Origin: Klebsormidium nitens
Lineage: Eukaryota; Plantae; Klebsormidiophyceae
Direction of reading: 5' to 3'
Assembly (NCBI GenBank): GCA_000708835.1
Contig: DF237106.1
Location: 84,370-148,369, forward strand
DNA length: 64,000 bases
Shown here: positions 12,301-24,900 of the stretch, piece by piece
Layout: the number at the start of each line of letters is the position of its first letter
How positions within the stretch are numbered: the stretch's first letter is position 1
The notes under the pieces: generated by a model
What the model was told of the DNA's origin: nothing
Databases searched by the model: none
The model's input: only the letters and a program-made list of their open reading frames with translations
Made by a program: the position numbers and the translations under genes

Positions 12301-15300
12301 CTGCGAAAGTAAGAGGAGAGACGCTGTCAAAACCGGAGGGAGGGCCAATCTACTTCGGACCAGCAAAAAGTGAGCTAAGAGCAAGTAGCCGCACAACGGT
12401 GTGAAGAATTCCGTATGTCTAGCTAGTCCTCGGACTGGGTGTTTGATTGCAGAGATACTTGGCAGCTTGGCAAGCTCGCTAAGTGCCTATGAAAGGGGCT
12501 CCAATCTCGTTCTTGCAAAGATACCGACGGTGGCCTTTTGGTTAGGGCCCTCCGCCAAGCACCAAAAAGAGTTGTGGCTCACATAGTTGAGTCCCTTGAA
12601 AGCAGCAATTGCGGCTGGAATCATGGCCGTGTAGTTTTCCATCTGCGAGATGCATAACAGGAGAGATGAGGAGACCAGTAGCAGTCGAGTTTCGCTTACA
12701 CGCCGCGAGATGGAAGCAACTTTAGCAAAGAGATGACACGAGAAGGCGGCAGACGGAACTTTAGAAAGCACAAGAATAGATGCAAGCTGCAGAAAACACT
12801 ATGCAACCCAAGCCTCGCATTTTTATCCAGAAGAGAGACATCAGCACTGTTCGGAGCGACTTTTTCAAGAAACCTGGCACAGCAGTGAGTTGACTGCTCT
12901 TACCTGCTTTACAATGGATGACAGAGTGACCATAGGGTTCGCATGGGTCAGCTTATTGAGGAGCAGCTCATGCTGCTGGAAAGCCTTGTCCTTGATGTCA
13001 GCGACTCGGCGAAGAATCTTCCGTGCCTCGACCTGAAGAGAGATGGGGGTCGTTCTGAGTCCTCCAATTAGGAGAACATCGTCTCTTGAGAGCATAAGTT
13101 GCTATGAATGGATTAAGCTGAATTCGAGGAGGTCAAACAAGCACAGACGAAATACTAAGATCGCTCTACATGACATCTAAAGGCGAATACGAAGCACAGG
13201 GTATGATTAGTTCTTACAGGGAATCCTTCGATTGGTCTGTGAAGGACTGCAACCTTGCTTCGGAGCTTTTCTGAAGAGGCTTACAACCAGAGAGACTTAC
13301 ATTTGCAAACTTCCGCGCGAAAATCAGCATGGGAAGCCACTTTTCGAGTTCCTCCTGGTTGTTGCCGGCCCCAACACTGTCCCAAGTGCCGTAGAGTTCG
13401 TAACGCAGCTGCATCAAGCAGAAAAAGGTATTATGGGATCGCTCCGTTGGCAAAAGAGGTAACGACTTGGAGCGAAAGAGTAGGCATGTAATAGCCAGTG
13501 AGCACCAGATAGCGAAAGCTCACTCAGTGTCAGCGCATAGTACTGAGACCTGGCAGACGTTCGTAATTAGTGTAGATGCACAATCTGGCTGATCGACGAG
13601 AGAATCTGTTCCAGCAGAGCATCGGAAAGAGGAACTCAGCGAAACAGCGTTCGCAGAAGCACTATTAGAAACCTAACCTAGCGGATCAAGGACAGCTCTT
13701 CGAGAAGCATCTCAGCAGAAATCGAAGTGACACCTCAAGCAGAATGCCGACTCGAGCTGCGAAAGCCTCCCTTTTCGCTTCATTCTCCAATGCCACCAGG
13801 CTTCCCTATAAGCCTGTCGCACATACGAATGCTTCGACCGCCCATTAAAGCCACCATTGCAATGATTCGGGACCGCAGTTTAGACCCTTCAGCCGATGGA
13901 ACCCCGAATTATTTGTCGGTCCCTACAATTGCCCATTCCAATCGGACTACCAGGCTCCGCCTTCTGTAGCGCCCCACCCTTGCAGCAATGGAAATCGAAA
14001 CGTACACAATATGGGTCTGCTGTTGTACGTTTGCTGCTGCCGCCCCCTTGAGGAGTATCACACCAGGAGGTCGAACGACATTCCAGAAGACCAACGAACC
14101 GCTCTGTTCCTCAAACACAGACGCCTCTTACTCTTCACCCACAAACAGCTCCCGCTACTCCGTGCACAGTGTTGCTGTTGCCACCCAGCGGCTTTCCGCA
14201 CTCAGCTGAAGAGGGCACGTGTCTCCTCAAAGGTCTCCACCGACTTGTTAAACCATCGAGATCCCCCACCCCTCGTTTTTCTTCCGTAAGCAGAAGAAAC
14301 GGACTTCGAGAGATCAACGGGTATCAGCCCCAGGCGACGCACCTCGTACGGCAGCAGCTTCAGGACCTCCCAGACCTCAAACGACATCGCCGGGTTCGCT
14401 GGCGTGACCATAAGGGCCGGCAAAAGAACCTTCTCGAGGACTGTCGCAGCATTTCTGATTGCGCTCTGGAGCCCGGGAGTGCAGGCGTCGATGACGCCGT
14501 CTTGGACCACTCCAAAGACTGCGCTGACGTGGAAGTTGGGCAGCGGGAATCCGTAGGCCGCCGTCAGGATGTGAGCCCGGAGAGATCGGCAAACCTGGCA
14601 GGAGACAGTTATGCTTAAAAGTCGCCAAATCCAGATAGGGAGCGAGAAGAGAGCGAAGAAGGAAAGAGGGATCGTTCCAATTCGTCTTTTCGTCGCCCGT
14701 AGAAAGCGGTTTTCAGAAAGCTTGGGCTTAGAGCCTTAGATGAAGCAACCCAGCAGAACAGCACCACAATGATGCAGCACAGAACGAGTACCAATGGTGG
14801 GAAGGATGCAGCGCAAGCAGATTGCTTCTCCTCCAGTTTCAACTGAGTCTTCATTCACAACCTGCCCGCCACACAAATCAGGGCAAAAAGATGGGCAACT
14901 TTGCTCGTGCCCTGATCCTCAATCATGGTCGACAAGAAATAGAGCTTTCAATTTCGAAGGCCCCCGCTCGTCCCTCACCTTCGTGAAAAGCGCACCGTCT
15001 CTGTACAGGTAGGGTCCCAACGTCAACAGCATGTTGACGACTCTGGCTGGGATGACAACGGCCTCGGAAAGATGGAAACTGGAGGGCGTTTCGTCGTTCG
15101 GCGCCACTGCGGCAGAGCTGCTCTTCTTGCCGGAGAGGTAAGGGAGCTGGGTGGCGGAGTAAAAGGGGGCGACATTGAGAGTAACAGCCCTGAGAAAGCA
15201 AACGGAGACACAGTCAGAACAAGATGAGGCATAAAAGAGAAGGGCGTGTCAAAGGGCTCGTAAGCAGCGGTGGCTGCCTCCCGCCTACTAGCTTGTAAAA

Positions 15301-18300
15301 GATTCTGCGATGAGCGGTACCGAAAACTCATTTGACTTTGCACAGGCATGACCGTTTGTGCCTGCCTCACCAAGAATCGACAAACAAGACCGACAATCCT
15401 CCCTTACACGTCAAACTCAAAGGCAAACATCCGAGGGGTGCAACCAATGAATCAATCAGACAGGGACGAAGAGCGAATCAAGGTCTTGTCCACGACAAAA
15501 TCCGTCATGGTAGAGCAACACACTTCGTGTTTCCGGGATGCAAGACTTGCCTGCAGAGGGCCTTGGCAACAGGAGGCCAAGACAGGGGTGCAAGTCCGCC
15601 GAGCCGTTCTAATACCATCTGGGCACGCGTCCTGCAGTAAAGGCGTGAGCCATAGTCACTCAATTCGTCGAAGAATAGATATAGCAATACGCCTCTGACG
15701 ACCAGATTGCCAAGCTGCTTGACGCAGAGACGTACAAAGCGGACATGCGAAACGGAAGCCCAAAGATGTGTGCTCGGAACCGAAATTTGGTTTTCCCGAA
15801 GCAAGAAAGGGTGGATTTTTGGGAATAAACTCGAATCCTGAGATGTAAACTTTTTGGGCCCTGAAAGAGAAAACTTTGGGGACCCGACTCAGAGTCAGTC
15901 AGCCACTTGATTAGTCCATATCACAACGTACGGATGGCCCTTTTCCTCACTAAGACGTGAAGAGAAAGCCCTTCGACGGGTACAGCACAGAAACTTGCCC
16001 TTACAAGAGACGCTTTGAAAGGAAACCCTCACCAGTCATCAGCATGCAGGAGACCTTCCAGCAGTCCGAGCTTCTGATGTCTGCCCAGCTTCTCTTGCTG
16101 CTGCTTCACGCCCTCCTCTTCGAACGCAGCCGGCCGCGAGACGTCCACGTTCTGATTGGCCGGCGTGACCTGCTCAGACTCGGCTCCCGTAGCCTCGGTC
16201 GACGCGAGGTTGACGACGCCGTAACGGTTTGCCTGCAGGAGTCAGAGACGTTACGGCATTCAAACACTGAATCGCGATGGAGTCTGGCAGAAGTCAAATA
16301 CATGATGGCAGCAACTCGGGCTTTCGGCGAAGTGACAATCAAGGTGCCATCAACGTAATGGGGTGGCCGCAAACTCTACTGACAGCATGAAACCGCAGAA
16401 AGTTTGACGGTGCTTCTTTCCTGCGGGTAAACGCTTTCAGCAGCTCTGACGCTTTGACTTGATCGATGGTATGTTCGAACTCGAGACCACGGTCAATCAA
16501 ACTCACCTCGGCCACCCTCTCTTTGAGCCAGGTCTGGTATTCCTCCACGCCCTCCTCGTCTGAAGGAGTCAAATGAGGCCACCTGAGGAGAAGTAGAATA
16601 GCGAACAGTTCGGACGGTGAACCAGCGGAACAACCTGCCAATAGTTTTCAAATCCAAATGCATGCAGGTTAAGCGTAACAGTTCGAACTCCAAAGAACGT
16701 GGGAGACGAGTAACAACCAGATGCCAGGTGGAGGCTAATCATGGCACCGAACGGCACAGCACCGGAAGCAAGTCGGGAAGGCCAGAACTGGCACAGCGTT
16801 TTTGCATTGCATCTAGACGTTCTTATGTAGTATCCAGCTCTTGAAAGTCTGTTCGCTTCAGCAGTTCGGATGACTCACAAGGCATCGATGTCGATCAGGT
16901 CCTCTTTGATGAGTCGGCCCGCCAGTCGGTATAGGCTTTGTGGGGTCGCTTGGGAGACTTGCTCCCGTTGGTAGTACTGGAACTTGAAGCCGAGTACTTG
17001 AGCACGACCGGACTGTGCGATGATGACGACAAGGGGTGAGAATGACCATATATGGAAAAGCGGAAGTAGGCCTAAAACGTTAACTGCTCAATCAGGACCG
17101 ACACGGCCATGTAATTGAGCATAACAAAGGGGACAGAAAGACGCCAATGCGACAACTGTTGAAAAGCCCCAGGGAATCAAGAGAAAACACTGCTTGGAAC
17201 CGACCCTTTCAGCGAACGCAAAGGTCGAATTCTGATTAGATCGTGACTTCGTCACGATTGTCAGATCGGGCAGCTCTCCTGACTTCAGATGCATCGTACT
17301 GGGCATCAGATCCAGATAAGATTCGTAACAACTCACCCGCTTGAACATCGAGATGATGTTCAGCAGAATCGAGTACCCGGGGTTCATCTCGAACGAGTCC
17401 ATCGTGATGTCCAGGACACGGTTCGGATCCAGGTCAAAGAAACCAATCAGCGACTGGATGGTCCGCTTGGCACTCTCGAGAGAACCTTCGGTGATGGTGC
17501 CTTCCTGGCCGAGAAGCGTCGCCTGATCGGAAGACAAGAATGCTTCTTCAAAAAACCAAAGCCGGTGAGGAAATTAGAACCGGCGTTTTGCAAACGAAGT
17601 TGCTGTAGGCGTGACAAAAGAAGGAGCAGCTGATGTAGAGCTCCTTACTATAATGAACATGGTAAAAGCATAGGCAGGGACTGTGTTCGATCAAGAAAGT
17701 GAAGCATCCTCATATCCAAGCAAGCCTCAAACCAAATGGTTAGTCACATCTACTTCGATGTTGCTAGCCCCAACAGAAAGCACAAAGGAGAGGAAAGGGT
17801 TGCTCACCACTTTTGCATAACCCTCTGACTCCTCAGCGAGCAGATTGAACTTGGTCTGTGTGTACATCAGCTTTGTGTTTACACGAATCTGCAGGCCAAG
17901 GACTCGTCAGTCGTCGCTACCAGAACAGACTGAACGAGGATATAGAAATGACGCTTTCAGCAAACTCACTAGATGTCGTGAATAGCCTAGGAGCGACGGC
18001 AAGATTTACACAGGAAGAAGGAGGGGCGCACAACGTTTCTCATCGTCGGTGGCAGCGCATCCAAACGACGCCTCACCACTTTGCCCTTGAACTGTGGCTG
18101 CTTTGTGAAGGTGTAGCCTCCTTCCAGTAAGAACTCGGTCTGCAAACAGAAACTTGGATTTCAAACCAAAGAGCAACACGAAGCATCACATCCGTGCTTG
18201 GAGCTCGTTCCTTGTTCAAGATAAGTGGTACCGCCCACATGATACTTGAAATCTCAAAACAATTGGGTCCAACAAGACTGCTTTAGCCAACATCGTTTGG

Positions 18301-19911
18301 GAGAGGTTGCTGGTCTAACAAAGACAGATGCATCATCAGTGTCGTGTTACTCGAAGCTGGCGGGAACATCAAACTGGACTCGAACAAGTAGAAGAACGCG
18401 CTCACCTCTGCCACTTCAGCCAACTGCTGCACTGACATCAACCCTGCTAAGATGAGCTCGTTGGCCTGCATCAAGAATATCAATGACGCAGTCACTAAGC
18501 TCTTCTGGCCACAAGAATCAACAGGCGGAGCAACAAGCGGTATTTGCTTGCATTGAGAAAAGTAGGATCACTAATGCACCCAACGACTATGATGCGCTCC
18601 ATTGTCTGACAGAAGATCTGCTGCTTCCCAGATCACTTCGTCGAAGTGACCCCTGATCGCCATCATAGAACCAGCATGATAAGGCGTAGTTGTTCAAGTC
18701 AATATGCATTCAAGATCTCCGTCCAATCTTTGAAGGTATGCAACACTAATGAAGCACCCGAAGTCCCAGAACTTCATAACAACCTGACAAAGGAAGTTAT
18801 GGAAGCACGTACCATCTCTTTTAGCTTCTGCTTCCCAGCTTGCGCCATGGCAGTGGCTGCAGCCCCTTCATCATGAGAAGGACCACTGCCCCCACTCTTG
18901 GCCGCAAGCTGATCGATCTTCAGAGGCAGAAAAATTGCAGCAGTCAGTTGGTATGCACATAATTAAGCAGCCCAACCTTCTCAGTGGTCAATGTTGGCAT
19001 CTCAGTCTACATACTTGTGCCGTTGTATGATACTATGTGTCGTATGGGAACACTTCTGACTTTCCCATCACCTTTTGCGCCCACATGACGTTCAGATAAG
19101 ACTAACATGGAGACAGCGGCCATCCTTTTGAAGTGCAGGATCTTAGCTGCTTGGAATGCTGAATGCAGCAACTGGCGAGCGCAAGGCAGCAGCAAACATG
19201 GTGCTTACATAAAAAACGACTCAAATCACTTTCGGCACGCCTACCTCAGCATCTACCACCACTATGCTGTCCCCCAATACGTAACCCGTGTCCTTGTGTG
19301 AATCATCTGTGGTTACACCAGCCGCTTGCAGGACAGCAGGCGCGCGCTTTGCTGGGAGGTCTCCAAGGACCTGCAAGCAGGGGAAACACAGACTGTGCTC
19401 TGCATGCCCTTTTGTAAGAAGGTGGATACTGCCACCTGATTCGTAGTGTACATTGAGGAGAATATTCAGGGTGTGTGCGAGCGATGCTAGAGCTTCGCCT
19501 GAGAAATCTGATCAGTATCAGCAGGATTCTCGGCCTTTCTTCATGAAGTTTCTACAAAAGTATTTGGCGGTACTAAAGAAAAATCTTTAAGCTGTAAGGA
19601 AGCAATGCAGAACGATGATATTCACAGCAACACCTTCCAGATGCTAAGGGCATGCTTGTGATCAATGCCTGTTCCATGATAGTTGAGTGGTAGACTTCAA
19701 AGGCGTCGAGAAAGCGCTGATGCAGGAGAAGGAGACTGGACCTTACCACTCGCCAAGCGACCTCATAAGCGAACCTGCCTGTTGGCAATGCCTCTGGCAC
19801 AACCCACTTGGAAAGACCCCCCTCCTGAAACCACTGTTTGACAGCATCATCGGTGGCAAACTTAAAGTCGACAGCACAGAACGATATACGTCCTGCATTC
19901 TCGACCGCCAT
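343..19911 (-). CDS. THO2: THO complex subunit 2 (THO2/THOC2), multi-exon, with long charged low-complexity C-terminal tail
   Basis: Exon translations follow plant and human THO2 in order: 19747-19911 MAVEN...RFAYEVAWRV; 17808-17888 IRVNTKLMYTQTKFNLLAEESEGYAKV (hallmark); about 17340-17520 IQSLIGFFDLDPNRVLDI; VLGFKFQYYQ; LGPYLYRD; LLPALMVTPANPAMSFEVWEVLKLLPYE; KLTHANPM; LYLRFWSLSLSDIYVP; TCIFPRVTLS; 6033-6152 EYEALRYGKFL..HWK; 5396-5491; 4837-4938 WRWHQW..MRIRNSLVVL; 4226-4279; 3653-3739; 1017-3187 (needs +1 nt at 1261-1269); terminal exon 343-627. Not every internal exon boundary was fixed. Confidence 0.97.
11091..11343. repeat. Degenerate tandem repeat with about 100-bp period (3 copies) in a THO2 intron
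   Basis: Cores cctgatcacaagcagtcggatcgact (about 11115), tctgattacaatcagttggatcgact (about 11212) and tctaattacaaccaggcaaatcgatt (about 11314), each preceded by agta[g/c]tcca. Confidence 0.55.
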
Positions 19912-21935
19912 GTCTTTGTATGTATTGTCAGGGCTCATCTCCGGAGCTTGGCCGCTAGGTAAAGGTAACTCAAAACCTACAGCCGCTCTATTTCTGACTT
20001 GCCAAAAACAACATCAGAGATCGCCAGCGAAAACCGCCAAAGCTTCATTTAGATTCTGTTTGCAGCAAACAAACTTGATTTTACGCCACTAAAACAAGCC
20101 CAATTTTATTTTCATTCCCCCACAGCAATCCATCTGTGATCCTGTTGTATAGCACCTAATCCCTGCTAAACAGCCGGCTGCTTCACTTTCTAAGCTTCTA
20201 ATGAAGCGCTTGGAAATGATTTCCTCCTTCGAATGAATCTGAAGACTGAAGACAAGGAAGCCTGCATGGCACGAGTGTCGGAGGCGCGGCTGGCCGCGCG
20301 GGCGCCAGAGGACCGCGGGCGGCCCGCCGCGCCGCGCCGCCCCGCGAGAGCGCTCAGCGAATACATGAACGAACGGTTCTTGGAAGGTCAATCGAGTTGT
20401 TGACAATCAAAGTTCAAGCCACTTCTGAACCTGATTGACGTTTCGTACTTGCAGCGCATCCGACGTCACCTTCAAACGATGCAACATCGTGACGACGATG
20501 CCAGCTAAGCCAGGCTAAGCAGCGGCTTTCAATCTCCTCGATGAGAGCCAATGAGAGCTGATGAGAGCTGATGAGAGCTGATGAGAGCTGATGAGGTCCA
20601 ATTCGTCGCAGACTCCTTCGCTACTTTGCTTTCTCGACATCTCAAGAGCAAGACGAAGGCGGAAGGAAGGCTGAGTGTTCGATGTCTCTGGATGTCTGGA
20701 CGTCATGAGCATTCCGCAGCATTGAGACGGTGCATGAAAGCGAAACAGCTACTTAGCAAGCGGCTCTCTCGGACATTCGAAGAGCGCGCAATTCGCGCGA
20801 AGCGGCGGACAACACCTTGACAGTGTTCGGGTCGGCGCACCTGCTTTGTACAGATATCAGGAGGTGGAAGGCTTTGTCAAAAGTCTCAGAGGAGCAGTAA
20901 GTTCTGAACTTTCGCCAATCAAAAGGGTGCATGCGGCCACGAGAGAGCACTTCTGCAAGTGGGTAAGCAAGCCTTCGAACTCTGCGTTGCTTCTATGAGC
21001 AACGCGTGGCCTTGTCGTCCGTTGTTGTTGCCTCGGAAGATGACAAATTGTCAAAGGGTAGAAAGGCAGAGGACTTCGCAGAAGGGACAGAAACGATTGA
21101 TAGTACCTCAAGGGCGGATGAAGGCTAGGGTTCTCTGCGCTCAGCAACGCACCTGTTTGCACTATGCCACATCAGCGGTAGACACGTGGTTCACATGAAC
21201 GGCATGGATGAACTGGTCGTTTTCTCTTTCCTCAAGCATACAAATTTTGAGCGGAGTCTTTAATGGAATTTGTGCTGTGCGCATAAGAGAAAGATTGACT
21301 TGCTCAGGCAGCTGTGCTAAGTTCCAAAAGTTTCATTGTTCTGCTTGTCTCAGCGATGCTTCAGATGTTCTTTTCTTCTTCGAAACCACCAAACCGTGGC
21401 TTTTAGGATGCAGATGAAGAATGTAGTTTCTAAGACCTTCACGAGTCCCCCACCTGAACCTGGCAACATAGCTAGCTTCTCAGATTCTGCTCGAGAGGGA
21501 ACTCTGCTATTGCCCGCTATATATCAATGCCTTCTGTGCACTCACAGGAAATCCTTTTACCTGCAGATGGTGATGGATCTTGCACGCTGCAAGAAGATGA
21601 CTTGAAACGAGATAAGAGATTGGAAGCACATCTCGTGCTGACAGGGAGGTGGCAATCTGCTTAACATAGACACAGTTCACATGGAAAGCTGAAGCTTCTG
21701 AAAAGGTCGTGATCGTCCTCCGCGCAATCTGCTCCATCGCTCCTTCAGCACAACTCCTCCTGATCCAGTTTGTCACGCCTTTTCAAGGAGAAATGCTGTG
21801 ACCGCACCAGGCAAGATCTAGCAAAGGCTGCTTCGCTTGTACCATCCTGCAAGCGGAAGGAGAGACACAAGCCTGGCCAGAAAATTGAAAAGACCTGGCT
21901 TTAACTTGATCCATTTGCTCCCTTTCTGATTCTAG
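19912..21935. promoter_or_regulatory. Divergent intergenic region between THO2 (-) and the TALE gene (+)
   Basis: Lies between the two inferred start codons. Contains a very GC-rich stretch (about 20278-20350) and a 10-mer tandem repeat. UTR exons are not resolved. Confidence 0.5.
20541..20595. repeat. Tandem 10-mer (ATGAGAGCTG), 4 perfect copies plus 1 variant and a partial copy
   Basis: atgagagcca atgagagctg atgagagctg atgagagctg atgagagctg atgag read directly. Confidence 0.95.
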
Positions 21936-24900
21936 ATGGCCCATAACTCTGATTTAGGGTTGACTGAGGGTTTTCCTGGGTCTCAAGATGGCACTGAAGT
22001 CTCTCTTCAGCAACAGGACTGGTATGAGGCTTGGAATGCAGAGCCAGGCTTTGAGAGCAGAAAAGCTGCACCCGAGATCACACCAGAGCAGGCAAATGGG
22101 AATGCGAGGACCTTCTTAGTGACTGAGGAGGGCCAAGTAGAGGGTGCTGATAGACATGTCCGTTTGAAAGAGGCAGGACCCGACTTACATCCGCCAGAGG
22201 AAGGACTTCGCGCTGACGAGGAAGAAGTGGACGAAAGCGTGCAAGAGGAAGTGATCAAGGACAAGTACTGGATGCAGGCTCCTCAGGACGAGGTGAGAAG
22301 CTGTCTCAACCTCCAAATTGTCTATTGTTATTTATGGCCAGCAGAATAGATAAGATTGTCAACAGGCTGCTCGAGAGTTATGAAATAAGGAATCGGGTAG
22401 TACATGTTCAACGGAGCTCATTGAGAACATGAGTTGCACAAAGGGGCTCGCGACTTCTTTCACGCCAAGTTAGCACACATGTGTTCCTCACCTCTCCCAG
22501 TGCTAGAAAAGAAGGAATGTTGACTATCCATGGTGACCATTCAATCAACGGAGTTGCACGCAGTAGACAAAAAACCATAGGTCTTTCTGAGGATAATGCA
22601 AATCCTTCAAACGTGCGAGGACAAGAAGTGAGAAAGCGAGTGCATGTTTGTTGTGTTCAAAATGAGATTGGCCTTTGAACCGGGCTCCACAGGATGATGA
22701 GAGCTCTGCTTATCCCTCAAGGCGTGCTTTCTGGACTGGATCAGCGTACTTTTTCAGCGAGACTGTCCTTCGAACATTCACCAGGTCTTTTCAGGGGGTA
22801 TAACCATTCGGCTTTTCGTCTCGCTCAGGATTTTGCTTCCTTTCGTATTGCAGGATGAGAGCGCGCGCGCGCCCACGCCCGTCGACCTCGGCTTCCCGTT
22901 CCCTCCGTCCCTTAAGCTCGACCTTGTGCGTATCCTCACCCGCGCCAAAGCCGCGACCGACCACGCCATGCTCATCAAAACAGGGAGCTTCAGTCACGAA
23001 GGCCTTGCTTCTCAGACCGCACCTCTAGAACCTGCTTTGCGGGGCAGTGCCCCGACCACTGCAGGGCCTCCAGCGCAGAGAAACGGGAGGAAGAAAAGGA
23101 ACACCAAGAAGGAAAGGGGTCAGAAAATACCAGTTAACGAAACCAAACGGAAACGGGCAGGGGAAGGAGTCGAGAAGAACGGCCGGAGAGGTCGTCGGTT
23201 CCCTGTAGTAACTTGTAAGCCTGGAGTAAAACCCAAAACAATGGTGCTGCCACCTGAGATGCCATCAGACCGGGCTTTCCAGAACGGATCGGGTCACTTT
23301 GCCACCGTCGATCCGTCCTGGGAGCTCTACAGACGCCAACCAGTTCGCGCCGAGTTTCCCCGCAGCACACCGGACCTTCCGGTGCTGTCCTTGGGCGGAA
23401 TGTTGGAAGACGCAGCGGGAGCGGAACGGGCCTACACCGCCTTAGACGACATCTTCAAGGAAGCAGAGCTGCGAGAGCTTGTCGAGCAGGTGACCGGAGG
23501 AGGGAACCGGGGACAAGGGAGACCGAGGGGTTTGTCTGAGGGGTTTGGAGTCTCGCGCGAGGGGTTTGGTGTCTCGCGTGGGTCCTTTTCGGCGGAGATA
23601 CGGGCCGCGCAAGCAGGCGAAGGATTCACGGAGGAGTTTCCTTCAAGCGAGACGCCGGGTTCGGGAGAAGACACTGTGGAAAACGTTGCCGCGGGCGCGC
23701 TAGAAATGGCACCGCGCGCGGTTCGCGACTTCGTTACTCAGGTAACAATCGACTCCGGGCAACAGATTGTGAGGCCAACCCTTCAGGATGTACTTTCTTC
23801 GTGTCCTTTCTCCTCTGCTATTAAGGAGGTGCTTTACAGCTTCGGATACGTATTGACGGGACTGAATCTATCTTCACCTGAGTGCGATTGCTTTATCTTC
23901 GTGCGCAATAGACAGTTATGGAGTCGTCGACCGCACTTCTTGCAAGCATTCCCCGATTATATGCATCTGTACGGGTTTCTGAAACCTCTGGAGGATGAAG
24001 CCATCGAACACTTAGAAGGGCTCGAAGCGGCCAGATGGAGACTGAACATGTCTACCTTCACAAACAGCCGCCATAAAACGGCCCCTGTTTTTTATGTTCG
24101 CATCGTTGAACTTCTGAGTGTGCTGTGGCCGCCTGAGAGCAAGCGTCTTGATGTTTCTTACTTGCAGGCCCTGTATGGACAGCACAGTCAGCCCGAGGAA
24201 GAAGACCTTGATGCCACACCTTCTACGGTAAGTCAACCAGTTGCCACGAGACGTTTTGGTAAGCTTTTGTTCCCAATATTCTTCTGGTACATTCCTCTTG
24301 TGCATATGCATCGTCTTCAATGCTTCTCTGAAGCTTCTCTGCCGTTTGAGTGCCGCTTCTCTGCGCTCCGCCGACGATTCAAGAAGCTAAAAGTCATTCC
24401 ACTGGCAGTATATTACGCTTATCTGAACGCTGACCTGAAAAGTAGGAGAGTGCAAGTGAAGCCGCTCGAATTTATTCTTCTGTTTCGTGTCTCATCAGCG
24501 GCCGGTACTCGAAGGAGCACCGTCGGCAGCCGAAGCTCCCCAAGGAGCCCCAGTACACTTTCCCCCGAAGAGCTCTCCTCGGCAACCAATAGCCACATCC
24601 GAAGCTGCTGATGCGTCGCCCAGAACCGCAGTCGCACCTCAGAGGCCCACCTCTGAGCGCGCGCATCGGGGCGCGGGGATAGATGGCGGCGCAGAGTCAA
24701 TGGATCCGGTTCAGGAGATGCACCTACGTATGCCACGTGACTTCTTGTCACTGGCTAACGATGTCTACGCGATGGAGAGGAGGGGCTCATCCACCTTCCC
24801 TAGCACGCGCCTCGCGCGCGCGCCACAACACGCCCTCATAACCCCACAGCCCGTCCACTTCTCAGAGTGGTTCCCAGAAAACCCGCAGCCATTTCGCCCC

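Noticed and set aside
22833-24611. 592-aa ORF as a standalone gene
   Set aside because: It is TALE exon 2 plus read-through into flanking intron; strong splice sites at 22853 and 24228.
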